This document shows, piece by piece, positions 36,601 to 45,102 of a stretch of DNA of 64,000 nt. The first letter of the stretch is position 1; every line of letters starts with the position of its first letter. The position numbers and the translations under genes are program-made. The notes beneath the pieces were generated by a model. The model did not search any database. It worked only from the letters and a program-made list of their open reading frames with translations, and was not told where the DNA came from. Origin of the DNA: Bacteroidales bacterium (lineage in GTDB: Bacteria > Bacteroidota > Bacteroidia > Bacteroidales > JAAUTT01); the NCBI GenBank assembly GCA_025361285.1, contig JANYAP010000022.1, positions 255-64,254 of the forward strand. Reading direction: 5' to 3'.

Positions 36601-36856
36601 GGAAAAAATATTTGAGGACGTTGAAGTTCAATTATCTAAAGGCGACCTTATTTATATGTTTTCCGACGGATACCCCGACCAGTTTGGCGGTCCATTAGGT
36701 AAGAAGTTTAAAATGGTGCGCCTGAAGAACTTACTGAAAGATATACACGAAAAACCTATGGAAGAACAGTACAACTATATTAAGTCGAACTTCGATTTAT
36801 GGAAAGGTGATTTAGACCAGGTTGACGATATACTTTTTATGGGAATTAAGATTTAG
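33686..36856 (+). CDS. sensor phosphatase: periplasmic two-component-regulator propeller repeats + Y_Y_Y domain + TM + PP2C/SpoIIE phosphatase
   Basis: 1056 aa with many G.IW(V/I).T..G(L/V) propeller repeats, YQYKLDGFDQVWS (Y_Y_Y) and a TM helix (WWFIALAIISLIVGVYLII). The SpoIIE motifs are VSGDFYWFE, CADSTGHGVPGAFMS and FSDGYPDQFG. Confidence 0.85.
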   Translation: MKKLSLNQWSISVLLFISSFSGLQAQQYKFQTYGVLNGICHPFVYSVNQDKNGFIWASTGTGLCRFDGFRFTHTINSTDTLPGSQAGVSFKASNGNLWTGHSDGTIVCFDGKHARIFKPDSAQFGSINDIIEDKAGNIIAASQSSGLIIIDKKLNKTFVNAPFQGKLVYSLLLINNNQLLVGSDDGVYIYSYGTINDQIKMIGQIDGLPLSKVTRIVGRHISKSIWICTEDAGIYMVTPSANNSFIVDNFGSLLKLDLTNVQSVFDDKDGNTWISTLGKGLFKVLSVNGKAILNAINYNSVNGLGTDDIKSAFQDREGNIWVATYGNGLSNLLNESFVNYDFKNQMQGKNVLSVCYSNDGYWLGGEHGILHVKKGADVSSQFYGVSAGLPNDNITALYIDEKGTLWIGTDKNGVYQMPFGTKQIVNFSRSDNSLANSVNSITGKGQNVYIATKNGVYKHNIFDKSKQHFSTSEGLPHNNIRQVYIDSKGTPWVSTRSNMLVDVTNETQLIIKGNAGELDFAAIAEDTDQNIWAGTIGSGLFKFKKDTLFTFSQREGLKADYCYSVTADKNGFIWVGHRLGLSRINTKTNKIKVFGSDYISGDINPNAVSISSEGNIIFGTTEGLVAYEPSKNTEAIAPPKVNVTSLTINDKAIDLSEKVVLPYSYSGYRMKIEFIGLNYNNPDQVTYQYKLDGFDQVWSEPSDNRLAIYGKLTDGKYIFQIKACNGDGVCAEVPLVFELIIRKPFWKTWWFIALAIISLIVGVYLIIQMRERKQKEFQKYLERLLDERTKEVREQKDEIEVKNRDITDSINYAQRIQASILPSLRKLQNIFTGSFVYYEPRNIVSGDFYWFELIPNSTKFVMVCADSTGHGVPGAFMSIIGTTLLKDIFNRPDVHQPSDILNLLDNELKITLNKNVDGERPNDGMDIIVCEIDTKTYIAKFASAMRPFMVYKNGEQLYFKGSRSSIGGQMKEEKIFEDVEVQLSKGDLIYMFSDGYPDQFGGPLGKKFKMVRLKNLLKDIHEKPMEEQYNYIKSNFDLWKGDLDQVDDILFMGIKI

Positions 36857-36893
36857 GTATAAGATATTAGATATAAGTCGTAAGTCGTAAGAC
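36857..36893. repeat. word array TATAAGATATTAGATATAAG + (AAGTCGT)2AAGAC
   Basis: Read directly between two convergent stops. It shares AGTCGTAAGAC with 23474-23484. Confidence 0.7.
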
Positions 36894-36920
36894 ACAAGTT
36901 ATTGGATTGGAAGTTTACTG

Positions 36921-38036
36921 TTAATAAACTTTAACCTGCTCGTAAATGCTATTACGCTCAACAGCAATGCGGTTCGCTTTACGTATTATATCTACCAAGT
37001 CGTTGGTAGTGAGCGATGGAGATTGATCCTCAACTCCAGCCATTGAATATATTTTTGTAGTGTCGTCGATTGTTCCATCAATATCATCAACCCCAAAGCT
37101 AAGGGCAAGTTGAGCCATATCTTTACCTATCATTGGCCAGTATGCTTTTAGGTGCGGAAAATTATCGAGAAAGATTCGCGATACAGCGTAATTTCTTAAA
37201 TCCTCAATAACAGCTACTTCGCCAATATCCGACATCGGGTTGTTCTCATTTCGGTATTTCAACGGAATAAAGCAATTAAACCCTTTTGTGCGGTCTTGAA
37301 CTTCGCGCAAGCGACTCATGTGGTCAACTCGTTGTGCATAAGTTTCAATATGACCGTATAGCATGGTTGCGTTCGACGAAACTCCTTGTTGGTGAGCAGT
37401 TTCGTGAATATTTAGCCAACCATCGGAATTAACTTTGTCGGGGCAAATTTTTGCTCGGAGCGTTTCGTCGAATATCTCGGCTCCACCGCCAGGTATAGAA
37501 TTTAAGCCAGCATTTTTAAGAATGGTAAATCCTTGTGATACAGTTACGTTGGCTTTTTTGAACATATATTCCAGCTCTACTGCACTATATGCTTTTATGT
37601 GAATGTTGGGGAGTTCGCTCCTAATTCGGGAAACTAATTCGGCATAATAATAAAGGTCGCGATGTGGGTGCACGCCACCAACAACATGCACTTCGGTAAC
37701 ATCCTTGCCTTGGTATGTTTTTGCTAATGCCGATATTTCATCTAGGCTACTCTCCCACGAACCGTGCTCATTCATTTTTCGAGAATAGGAGCAAAACTCG
37801 CATCGATAAATACAAATGTTAGTGGGTTCAATATGGAAATTCTTATTGAAATAGGCGTTATTTCCATTTAGGTTTTCGCGTACAAAATTGGCAAGTGAAC
37901 CCAAGAATCCCAAATCGGCTTTTTGGTAAAGTATTATAGCGTCCTCTGCCGAAATACGTTCGCCCGTAAGCACTTTGTCGGAAATTTGCTGTAGTTCCAA
38001 CGAAAGGTTAAAAAGGCTAAAAGCAGCTTTTTCCAT
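36921..38036 (-). CDS. radical SAM enzyme of the MqnE/MqnC/CofH family (futalosine-pathway type)
   Basis: 371 aa with EPTNICIYRCEFCSY (CxxxCxxC), VHVVGGVHP, GGGAEIF and a C-terminal GVDDIDGTI. Confidence 0.8.
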   Translation of the reverse strand: MEKAAFSLFNLSLELQQISDKVLTGERISAEDAIILYQKADLGFLGSLANFVRENLNGNNAYFNKNFHIEPTNICIYRCEFCSYSRKMNEHGSWESSLDEISALAKTYQGKDVTEVHVVGGVHPHRDLYYYAELVSRIRSELPNIHIKAYSAVELEYMFKKANVTVSQGFTILKNAGLNSIPGGGAEIFDETLRAKICPDKVNSDGWLNIHETAHQQGVSSNATMLYGHIETYAQRVDHMSRLREVQDRTKGFNCFIPLKYRNENNPMSDIGEVAVIEDLRNYAVSRIFLDNFPHLKAYWPMIGKDMAQLALSFGVDDIDGTIDDTTKIYSMAGVEDQSPSLTTNDLVDIIRKANRIAVERNSIYEQVKVY

Positions 38037-38090
38037 ACCTTATAAAAATAAAAAAGTAAAGAACTGAAAAATCAATCCCTTACTTTTGTG

Positions 38091-38098
38091 CGAAAATA
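38091..38098 (-). promoter_or_regulatory. -7 box variant TATTTTCG (followed by CAC), minus strand
   Basis: The string TATTTTCGCAC is identical to the box before aspS. It lies about 55 nt upstream of the ATG at 38036. Confidence 0.35.
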
Positions 38099-38114
38099 TT
38101 ATTAAATAAACTGG

Positions 38115-38270
38115 CTATTTCCTTCTTATAGAGTCGGAAACGCTAAGTCTTTTTCTTCCTTTAGCTCTGCGTGCAGTTATTACTTTACGACCATTTGCTG
38201 TCGACATTCTTTCTCTGAAGCCGTGCTTGTTGCGTCTTTTCTTTATCGACGGCTGAAAAGTCCTTTTCAT
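38115..38270 (-). CDS. rpmH: 50S ribosomal protein L34
   Basis: My own translation of the minus strand gives [51 protein letters not shown] (51 aa). At under 60 aa it is too short for the supplied ORF track. Confidence 0.92.
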   Translation of the reverse strand: MKRTFQPSIKKRRNKHGFRERMSTANGRKVITARRAKGRKRLSVSDSIRRK

Positions 38271-38316
38271 TGGGGTGTATTTTTATTTGTAAAACAATAT
38301 CGTAAAAATGAGAGTG

Positions 38317-38324
38317 CAAAAGTA
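38317..38324 (-). promoter_or_regulatory. -7 box TACTTTTG (followed by CA), minus strand, for rpmH
   Basis: Matches TAnnTTTG about 45 nt upstream of the rpmH ATG. Confidence 0.45.
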
Positions 38325-38370
38325 ACCAAATTTTGTTTTATTCAAAAAAACTTATGTTATTTTTTAACAT

Positions 38371-38994
38371 TTAGCTAAAAGGCAGATATACAATCTTTTT
38401 GGTGCTAAAAAATTCTTCGCCAAAAAAATCGCTTATTTCAATTACTGTTGCTCGCTTCTTGTAGGGTTTAACTTCTTCGGCTAAATCGCCTCCTTTGAGG
38501 TATATTATGCCATTTTTAAATAAATGATTATTTTGCTTTGCTAGTTTTGAATGTACCCACGAAACAAATTCGGGTAAGTTGGTTACGGCGCGGCTTACTA
38601 TAAAATCGTATTTATCCTTTAGTTCCTCGGCACGTATTTGCTGGTATGTAACGTTGGTGAGATCTAATTCGGTGGCTATTGCTTCTACTACTTTAATTTT
38701 TTTGCCAACCGAGTCAACTAAGTGAAAATGAGTTTGGTCGAATAAAATAGCCAATGGAATACCCGGAAATCCTCCGCCTGTTCCAACATCGAGTATTTTT
38801 GCGCCCGTTTTAAAAGTTACTGCCTTTGCAATAGCCAGTGAGTGAAGTACATGATGGGTATATAGATTATCGATATCTTTTCGGGAAATAACATTAATTC
38901 GCTCATTCCAAGTGGAATACAATTCGCCTAATTGCGCGAACCTGCTTTTCTGAATTTCGGTTAAATTGGGGAAATACTTAAGGATAACATCCAT
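38371..38994 (-). CDS. rsmG: 16S rRNA (guanine527-N7)-methyltransferase
   Basis: 207 aa with ILDVGTGGGFPGIPLAI and the overall GidB/RsmG pattern. Confidence 0.9.
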   Translation of the reverse strand: MDVILKYFPNLTEIQKSRFAQLGELYSTWNERINVISRKDIDNLYTHHVLHSLAIAKAVTFKTGAKILDVGTGGGFPGIPLAILFDQTHFHLVDSVGKKIKVVEAIATELDLTNVTYQQIRAEELKDKYDFIVSRAVTNLPEFVSWVHSKLAKQNNHLFKNGIIYLKGGDLAEEVKPYKKRATVIEISDFFGEEFFSTKKIVYLPFS

Positions 38995-39005
38995 AATGGT
39001 TTAGC

Positions 39006-39605
39006 TTAAATCTTATGGCTTGAATTCTTTAATATATTGTATAACAGCTCGCGTGCGCGAAAAAGTTGCGCTTTAACGGTGCCTATTGGTAGTTCTAGTT
39101 CTTCGCTAATTTCTTCGTACGAAAATTCGTGAAAGTATCTGAGTTCTATTAGTTTACGATACCTAGGTTTGAGTTTCGAAACTACTGCGCGTAATAAAAT
39201 AACTTTTTGCTGACTTATAAGATTTTCCTCCGGATCGAGCGTGTCCGAGGCTATAGTCATTGGCGTCGAATTCTCGTTTATGGAGTTATGGTCAATAGAT
39301 ATGTTGTTTAGCTTTTTCTTGCGAATAAAATCGATGCAATTGTTTGTGGCAATTTTAAATAGCCATGTGCTGAAGGCGAAATTGGGGGCGTATTGGTTTA
39401 TATTTTTAAATGCTTTGCCAAATGCCTCAATAGTAAGATCTTCGGCGTCGCTCGAATTCGAAACCATTTTTAGTAACATAAAATATATAGCATCTCTGTA
39501 CCGCCCTAAAAGCTCGGCATAAGCCTTCTGGTCGCCATTAATTGCTAGCAAAACCAATTCGTAATCGTATTGCGCCTTTTCAGATAAATTGGCCGTTATT
39601 TCCAT
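39006..39605 (-). CDS. ECF-type RNA polymerase sigma-70 family factor
   Basis: 199 aa with region 2 (FSTWLFKIATNNCIDFIRKKK) and a region 4 HTH (SYEEISEELELPIGTVKAQLFRARE). Confidence 0.85.
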   Translation of the reverse strand: MEITANLSEKAQYDYELVLLAINGDQKAYAELLGRYRDAIYFMLLKMVSNSSDAEDLTIEAFGKAFKNINQYAPNFAFSTWLFKIATNNCIDFIRKKKLNNISIDHNSINENSTPMTIASDTLDPEENLISQQKVILLRAVVSKLKPRYRKLIELRYFHEFSYEEISEELELPIGTVKAQLFRARELLYNILKNSSHKI

Positions 39606-40738
39606 TTATTCTGTTTTGAATTAATAGTATTAACCGAGTACAAAAATATATTTAATAATGGTAAAATTAGGTCGAATAGACATGAAAGTGGTAATAATTT
39701 TTTTTCGTTGAGTTTATTCATGACACCATTGAATATGATTATCAATATAATACAGCGGAATAAAAATGCCGACAGTCCTAACATCCAAGTAGTTGGGTTA
39801 AATATTAACAGCAATACGCTTAAGTAAAACAGAAAACGTGAACTTATTTCGCCTCCCAGCAGGCAAAGATGCTGCGTGCGGTATTTTATGCCAGTTGACA
39901 AATGTCGTTTTTTTTGATTTGCCCAAAAACGAAACTCCGTTTTAGGTATCGATCGCGTATGTGCATTGGGCGAGAATTCCACGGCTGTCGATTTTCCATT
40001 AGCTACTTCGTTGATAAACAGGTCGTCGTCGCCCGATGCTATATGTGCATGCGAGGCAAAACCTTTGTTTTTCATGAAAACCGATTTGCGATAAGCTAAA
40101 TTACGACCAACACCCATGTACGGAGCTTTAATCAAGGCAAAGCTTAGGTATTGTAAGGCAATAAAAAAGGTATCGAACCTTATAAGTTTATTCAAAAAAG
40201 TTTTTTCTTCAGCATAACCGCCATATCCCAAAACTATGTTGTTGTCGTTTGTGAAATTTCTCTGCATTGTTGCCAACCATTCTGTGTTGGTGGGGATGCA
40301 ATCGGCATCGGTAAGTAATAACCATTCGTTCTTGGCCGCTTTTATGCCAATTGTAAGCGCCAGCTTTTTGCCATGAGTAAATTTTTCGTCGTGCTTAATA
40401 CGCGTTGTTCGTAAATTAGTATATTCGACTTGGAATTTTTCGATAACATCCTGAGTATCATCATCCGAACAATCGTTTACTACAATCACCTCATAGTTGG
40501 GATAGTTCTGTGTAAGCAGCAAAGGAAGGTGCTTGCTGAGGTTTTCGGCTTCGCTACGGGCACAAATAATTACCGAAACAGGCTCTTGCGTGTTTGTATA
40601 TTTATTTTTGCTAGACTTAAAAAACGCTACTCGTACAAAAAAAACCAAATAATAAACTAATTGAATAAAAAGAGCTACTGCTAGTATTTCTGTGATAATC
40701 AATTCGTAAGTACCGAAATTTGCAAAATATTCTCCCAC
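39596..40738 (-). CDS. family 2 glycosyltransferase, membrane-anchored
   Basis: 380 aa with VSVIICARSEAENL, VIVVNDCSDDDT and a DAD motif (TDADC). TM helices sit at both ends. It overlaps the sigma gene by 10 nt. Confidence 0.85.
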   Translation of the reverse strand: MGEYFANFGTYELIITEILAVALFIQLVYYLVFFVRVAFFKSSKNKYTNTQEPVSVIICARSEAENLSKHLPLLLTQNYPNYEVIVVNDCSDDDTQDVIEKFQVEYTNLRTTRIKHDEKFTHGKKLALTIGIKAAKNEWLLLTDADCIPTNTEWLATMQRNFTNDNNIVLGYGGYAEEKTFLNKLIRFDTFFIALQYLSFALIKAPYMGVGRNLAYRKSVFMKNKGFASHAHIASGDDDLFINEVANGKSTAVEFSPNAHTRSIPKTEFRFWANQKKRHLSTGIKYRTQHLCLLGGEISSRFLFYLSVLLLIFNPTTWMLGLSAFLFRCIILIIIFNGVMNKLNEKKLLPLSCLFDLILPLLNIFLYSVNTINSKQNKWK

Positions 40739-40825
40739 TTTTCTTTTCTTTTAAATATACAACAAGTTTATTAAAAATATTTTTCATTCGGAAAGTTTAG
40801 CGCTATTGGTTTAGTTGATTTGTTA

Positions 40826-40833
40826 TATCTTTG
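40826..40833 (+). promoter_or_regulatory. -7 box TATCTTTG (followed by CA)
   Basis: Matches TAnnTTTG 20 nt upstream of the GTG start of tgt. Confidence 0.4.
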
Positions 40834-40852
40834 CAGCCAAAATTTTAAATAG

Positions 40853-41983
40853 GTGAAATTCAACATACTTCGTACTGATAAGGACTCGAAAGCGCGAACT
40901 GGGATTATTAAAACCAGCCATGGCGAAATAGAAACACCTATTTTTATGCCCGTAGGAACGTTAGGAAGCGTAAAAGGTGTTCATCAACGCGAACTTAAGG
41001 ACGATATTAAGGCTCAAATTATTCTTGGCAATACCTACCATTTATACCTTCGCCCAGGCTTGGACGTTCTAAAAAAAGCTGGTGGTTTACACGGCTTTAT
41101 GAACTGGGAAGGCCCTATTTTAACCGATAGTGGTGGTTATCAGGTGTTTTCGTTGGCGGCTAATAGAAAACTTACCTCCGAAGGAGCAGTTTTTAAATCG
41201 CACATCGACGGATCGACTCATTTGTTTACTCCCGAAAATGTTGTGGATATACAACGCACCATTGGTTCCGACATAATGATGGCGTTTGATGAATGCGCTC
41301 CTTACCCATCGGAGTACGATTATGCAAAAAAATCGCTCGATTTAACTCATCAGTGGCTCGATAGAGGCTTAACGCATTTTGCGAATACCGAATCAAATTA
41401 TGGACACTATCAAACCTTCTTTCCTATTGTGCAAGGCAGTGTTTTTAAGGATTTGCGAATAAAATCGGCCGAATTCGTAGCCAGCAAAAATTGCTTTGGC
41501 AATGCTATTGGCGGCTTGGCTGTTGGCGAACCTGCCCACGAAATGTACGAAGTGATAGAGGTAGTAAACAACATATTACCTTTAGATAAACCACGTTACC
41601 TTATGGGCGTGGGAACTCCAGCAAATATTTTGGAAAGTATTGCTTTAGGTATCGATATGTTCGATTGCGTTATGCCTACCCGAAATGGCCGTAATGGTAT
41701 GATTTTCACCAGCGAAGGAACTATAAACCTACGTAACGAAAAATGGAAAGACGATTTTTCGGTAATCGACCCTAACGGCACATCTTTTGTTGACAAAACA
41801 TACACGAAAGCGTACCTTCGTCATCTAGTAATTTGTAAGGAAATGCTTGGCGCTCAAATTGCAAGTATCCATAACTTAGCTTTTTACCTTGATTTGGTTA
41901 AGCAAGCGCGCGAAAACATTAACGATGGAACGTTTAATGAATGGAAAAATGTAATGGTAAAACAAACTAGCCAAAGGTTATGA
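40853..41983 (+). CDS. tgt: tRNA-guanine(34) transglycosylase (queuine tRNA-ribosyltransferase)
   Basis: 376 aa with TPIFMPVGT, LTDSGGYQV, GGLAVGE, YLMGVGTP and FDCVMPTRNGRNG. The canonical CxCxxC zinc motif is absent (see findings). Confidence 0.93.
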   Translation: MKFNILRTDKDSKARTGIIKTSHGEIETPIFMPVGTLGSVKGVHQRELKDDIKAQIILGNTYHLYLRPGLDVLKKAGGLHGFMNWEGPILTDSGGYQVFSLAANRKLTSEGAVFKSHIDGSTHLFTPENVVDIQRTIGSDIMMAFDECAPYPSEYDYAKKSLDLTHQWLDRGLTHFANTESNYGHYQTFFPIVQGSVFKDLRIKSAEFVASKNCFGNAIGGLAVGEPAHEMYEVIEVVNNILPLDKPRYLMGVGTPANILESIALGIDMFDCVMPTRNGRNGMIFTSEGTINLRNEKWKDDFSVIDPNGTSFVDKTYTKAYLRHLVICKEMLGAQIASIHNLAFYLDLVKQARENINDGTFNEWKNVMVKQTSQRL

Positions 41984-43074
41984 ACAAGTGGCGACTGAAA
42001 ATAATTGATTATTATATAATTAAGAAATTCCTCGGAACATTCTTCTTCGCGTTAATGCTTATTATTGGCATTGCGGTAGTGTTCGACTTGTCAGAAAAAA
42101 TCGACGATTTCATGACCAAAGGTGCGCCTTTGAAAATGATTATTTTCGATTATTACCTCAACTTCATTCCATACTTTGCAGTTCTGTTCAGCTCGCTGTT
42201 TACCTTTATTGCAGTCATTTTTTTTACCTCAAAAATGGCCTACAACACCGAAATTATTGCCATTTTAAATAGCGGAATGAGCTTTCGACGACTGCTTTAC
42301 CCATATTTTATTTCGGCATTTATTTTGGCCGCCTTTTCGTTCGGTTTAAGCAACTATATTATTCCGAAGGCTAATATGAAAAGGTTTGTTTTTGAAGAAG
42401 TTTATGTTCGAAACAATCCGTATAGTTTTGATAAACAAGATATTCATAAACAGTTGGAGCCAGGAGTTTTTATCTACATGCAATCGTTTAGTAACCCTAC
42501 AGCTACAGGATATAAGTTTTCGATGGAAACATTTGATGGTCAGAAGCTTAAATCGAAACTGATGGCCGATTATATTAAATGGGATTCTACTCGAAATAAG
42601 TGGTTGATTAACAACTATTACATCCGTAATATGGATGGGCTTAATGAATCGGTTAAACGTGGCGAAAAAATTGACACTACCCTTAATTTAAAACCCGACG
42701 AATTTAAACGACGCGATAATTTTGTTGAGGCCATGAGCATTGGCGAGCTTAATAGCTATATAAAAACCCTTGCTATGCAAGGAACTGATAATATAAGCCT
42801 GTATAAAATTGAACGCGAGAAACGTTTGGCATTTCCGTTTTCCACCTTTATTCTTACGCTTATTGGCGTTACATTATCTACCCGTAAGGTGCGTGGCGGC
42901 ATTGGTGTGCATATTGGAACAGGTTTGGCACTTAGCTTTACCTATATTCTTTTCATGCAATTTTCGCAACAATTTGCTATTTCGGGTATGCTAAGCCCCT
43001 TGCTCGCCGCTTGGATACCAAACATAATATTCGCTTTTATATCGTTATATTTATATCGTTTAGCCCCTAAATAA
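41980..43074 (+). CDS. LptF/LptG (YjgP/YjgQ) family LPS export permease
   Basis: 364 aa with an N-terminal IIDYYIIKKFLGTFFF, 3+3 TM helices and a periplasmic beta-jellyroll segment. It overlaps the tgt stop by 4 nt. Confidence 0.85.
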   Translation: MNKWRLKIIDYYIIKKFLGTFFFALMLIIGIAVVFDLSEKIDDFMTKGAPLKMIIFDYYLNFIPYFAVLFSSLFTFIAVIFFTSKMAYNTEIIAILNSGMSFRRLLYPYFISAFILAAFSFGLSNYIIPKANMKRFVFEEVYVRNNPYSFDKQDIHKQLEPGVFIYMQSFSNPTATGYKFSMETFDGQKLKSKLMADYIKWDSTRNKWLINNYYIRNMDGLNESVKRGEKIDTTLNLKPDEFKRRDNFVEAMSIGELNSYIKTLAMQGTDNISLYKIEREKRLAFPFSTFILTLIGVTLSTRKVRGGIGVHIGTGLALSFTYILFMQFSQQFAISGMLSPLLAAWIPNIIFAFISLYLYRLAPK

Positions 43075-43103
43075 TTTAGTCATTACCTTGGCTAGCAGGT
43101 ATA

Positions 43104-43267
43104 TCTGTCATTTTTACATTTATTATTTGTAATCCGTAATTTGCGCATCTGTAATTTGTAATTTCCTCATTTCCTCAGTTCTAAATCTGTCATTTGTAAT
43201 TTGTAATTTGTCATTTGCACATCTGTCATCTGTAATTCCCACACCTGTAATTTGTAATCTCCACATC
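43104..43267 (+). repeat. degenerate 7-8-bp tandem word array (TGTAATT / TGTCATT / YCCACAYC / TGCRCATC)
   Basis: There are 8 TGTAAT, 4 TGTCAT and about 6 related C-rich words head-to-tail. The array ends 12 nt before the aspS -7 box. Confidence 0.85.
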
Positions 43268-43278
43268 AATAATTTTCG

Positions 43279-43286
43279 TATTTTCG
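43279..43286 (+). promoter_or_regulatory. -7 box variant TATTTTCG (followed by CACC) for aspS
   Basis: Matches TAnnTTTG at 7 of 8 positions. The same TAnnTTCGCAC string precedes two other genes (38091-38098 minus, 60720-60727). It lies 20 nt before the ATG. Confidence 0.35.
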
Positions 43287-43306
43287 CACCTTAAAAGCTA
43301 TAAAAC

Positions 43307-45070
43307 ATGTACAGAACACATACCTGTGGAGAATTAACCATGGCGCAAGTTGGTAAAACTGTTACCCTTGCCGGATGGATGCAACGCTCGCGCGATTTGG
43401 GCGGAATGACTTTTATCGACCTTCGCGACCGTTATGGGCTTACCCAGCTTGTATTTAACATGGAAACCAATGCTGGTCTTTGCACCGAAGCACGTAAGTT
43501 TGGTCGCGAATTTGTACTTCAGGCAACTGGCAAGGTTACAGAACGATACAACAAAAACCTAAACATGCCCACAGGGGAAATAGAAATTATTGTTGACGAA
43601 ATTAAAGTGTTAAATGTTTCAGCAACACCTCCTTTCACTATCGAAGACGAATCCGATGGTGGCGACGAACTTCGTATGAAATACCGGTATCTCGATTTGC
43701 GCCGAAGCACTGTTCGCCGTAATCTGGAGCTTCGCCACCACATGGCACAGGAAGTTCGTAAATATTTCGATGCACTTGGTTTTATGGAAGTTGAAACACC
43801 AGTACTCATAAAATCGACACCCGAAGGAGCACGCGACTTTGTTGTTCCTTCGCGATTAAATCCGGGGCAGTTTTACGCTTTGCCGCAGTCGCCACAAACC
43901 TTCAAGCAACTTATGATGGTGGCAGGCTTCGACCGCTATTTTCAAATTGTAAAATGCTTTCGCGACGAGGATTTACGCGCCGACCGCCAGCCCGAGTTTA
44001 CGCAAATTGATTGCGAAATGGCTTTTGTAGAACAGGAGGATATTCTTCAGGCTTTCGAGGGTATGCTAAAACACCTGTTTAAAACCGTTCGAGGCGTTGA
44101 GTTTACCGAACCTTTCGTGCGAATGACATTTGCCGATGCCATCAATACATACGGTAACGATAAGCCCGATTTGCGCTTTGGCATGAAAATACATGAAGTT
44201 ACCAATTTGGTAAAAGGTAAAGGTTTTAGCATTTTCGATAACGCCGATTACGTTGGGGGTATATGTGCCGAGGGTTGCAGCGAATACACACGCAAACAGC
44301 TCGACGAACTTACCGAATGGGTTAAACGTCCACAAATTGGGGCATTGGGGTTAATTTATATAAAATTTAATATCGATGGTACGCTTAAATCGACGGTCGA
44401 TAAATTCTATTCTCCCGAAGAGATTAAGGCATTGGCCGATAACTTCAACGCAAAACCAAGCGATATAATTTTTCTTCTTCCCGGAAAGAAAAAGAAAACA
44501 CTTGCACAACTTAGTGAGCTTCGCCTCGAAATGGGCGCTCGCTTGGGCTTACGCGACAAAAATACTTTCGCACCACTTTGGGTAATCGATTTTCCGCTTT
44601 TCGAATACGACGAAGAAACTGGCAGGTATTACGCTATGCATCACCCATTTACATCGCCAAAAATTGACGATTTACAATACTTCGAAACCGATTCGGCTCG
44701 TGTTCGGGCCAACGCTTACGATTGTGTTGTAAACGGCGTTGAACTTGGTGGCGGTTCCATTCGTATTCACGATCAGGAATTGCAACAACGTATGTTTAAA
44801 GTACTTGGCTTTACTAAGGAACAGGCCGAATACCAATTCGGGTTTCTAATGAATGCCTTTACTTATGGCGCCCCTCCGCATGGCGGCATTGCCTTTGGCT
44901 TCGACCGTCTGGCTTCCATGTTTGCTGGTCTTGACTCCATTCGCGATGTAATTGCCTTCCCTAAAAACAACTCAGGCCGCGATGTAATGATCGATAGCCC
45001 ATCGCATATTGCCGACGAGCAACTCAAGGAGTTGAATATTAAGGTTGAAGTGAAGATGGAGAAGTCGTAA
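43307..45070 (+). CDS. aspS: aspartate--tRNA ligase
   Basis: 587 aa with [10 protein letters not shown], an OB-fold, class II motifs ([30 protein letters not shown]) and a bacterial insertion domain. Confidence 0.95.
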   Translation: MYRTHTCGELTMAQVGKTVTLAGWMQRSRDLGGMTFIDLRDRYGLTQLVFNMETNAGLCTEARKFGREFVLQATGKVTERYNKNLNMPTGEIEIIVDEIKVLNVSATPPFTIEDESDGGDELRMKYRYLDLRRSTVRRNLELRHHMAQEVRKYFDALGFMEVETPVLIKSTPEGARDFVVPSRLNPGQFYALPQSPQTFKQLMMVAGFDRYFQIVKCFRDEDLRADRQPEFTQIDCEMAFVEQEDILQAFEGMLKHLFKTVRGVEFTEPFVRMTFADAINTYGNDKPDLRFGMKIHEVTNLVKGKGFSIFDNADYVGGICAEGCSEYTRKQLDELTEWVKRPQIGALGLIYIKFNIDGTLKSTVDKFYSPEEIKALADNFNAKPSDIIFLLPGKKKKTLAQLSELRLEMGARLGLRDKNTFAPLWVIDFPLFEYDEETGRYYAMHHPFTSPKIDDLQYFETDSARVRANAYDCVVNGVELGGGSIRIHDQELQQRMFKVLGFTKEQAEYQFGFLMNAFTYGAPPHGGIAFGFDRLASMFAGLDSIRDVIAFPKNNSGRDVMIDSPSHIADEQLKELNIKVEVKMEKS

Positions 45071-45102
45071 GTTTGACGATTGCTAATCGTTTTAGAATTG
45101 TG

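Noticed and set aside
38081-38088. Plus-strand -7 box TACTTTTG pointing antisense into rpmH
   Set aside because: It is a motif match only and no plus-strand gene follows. In AT-rich DNA an 8-mer with two free positions is expected by chance many times per 64 kb.
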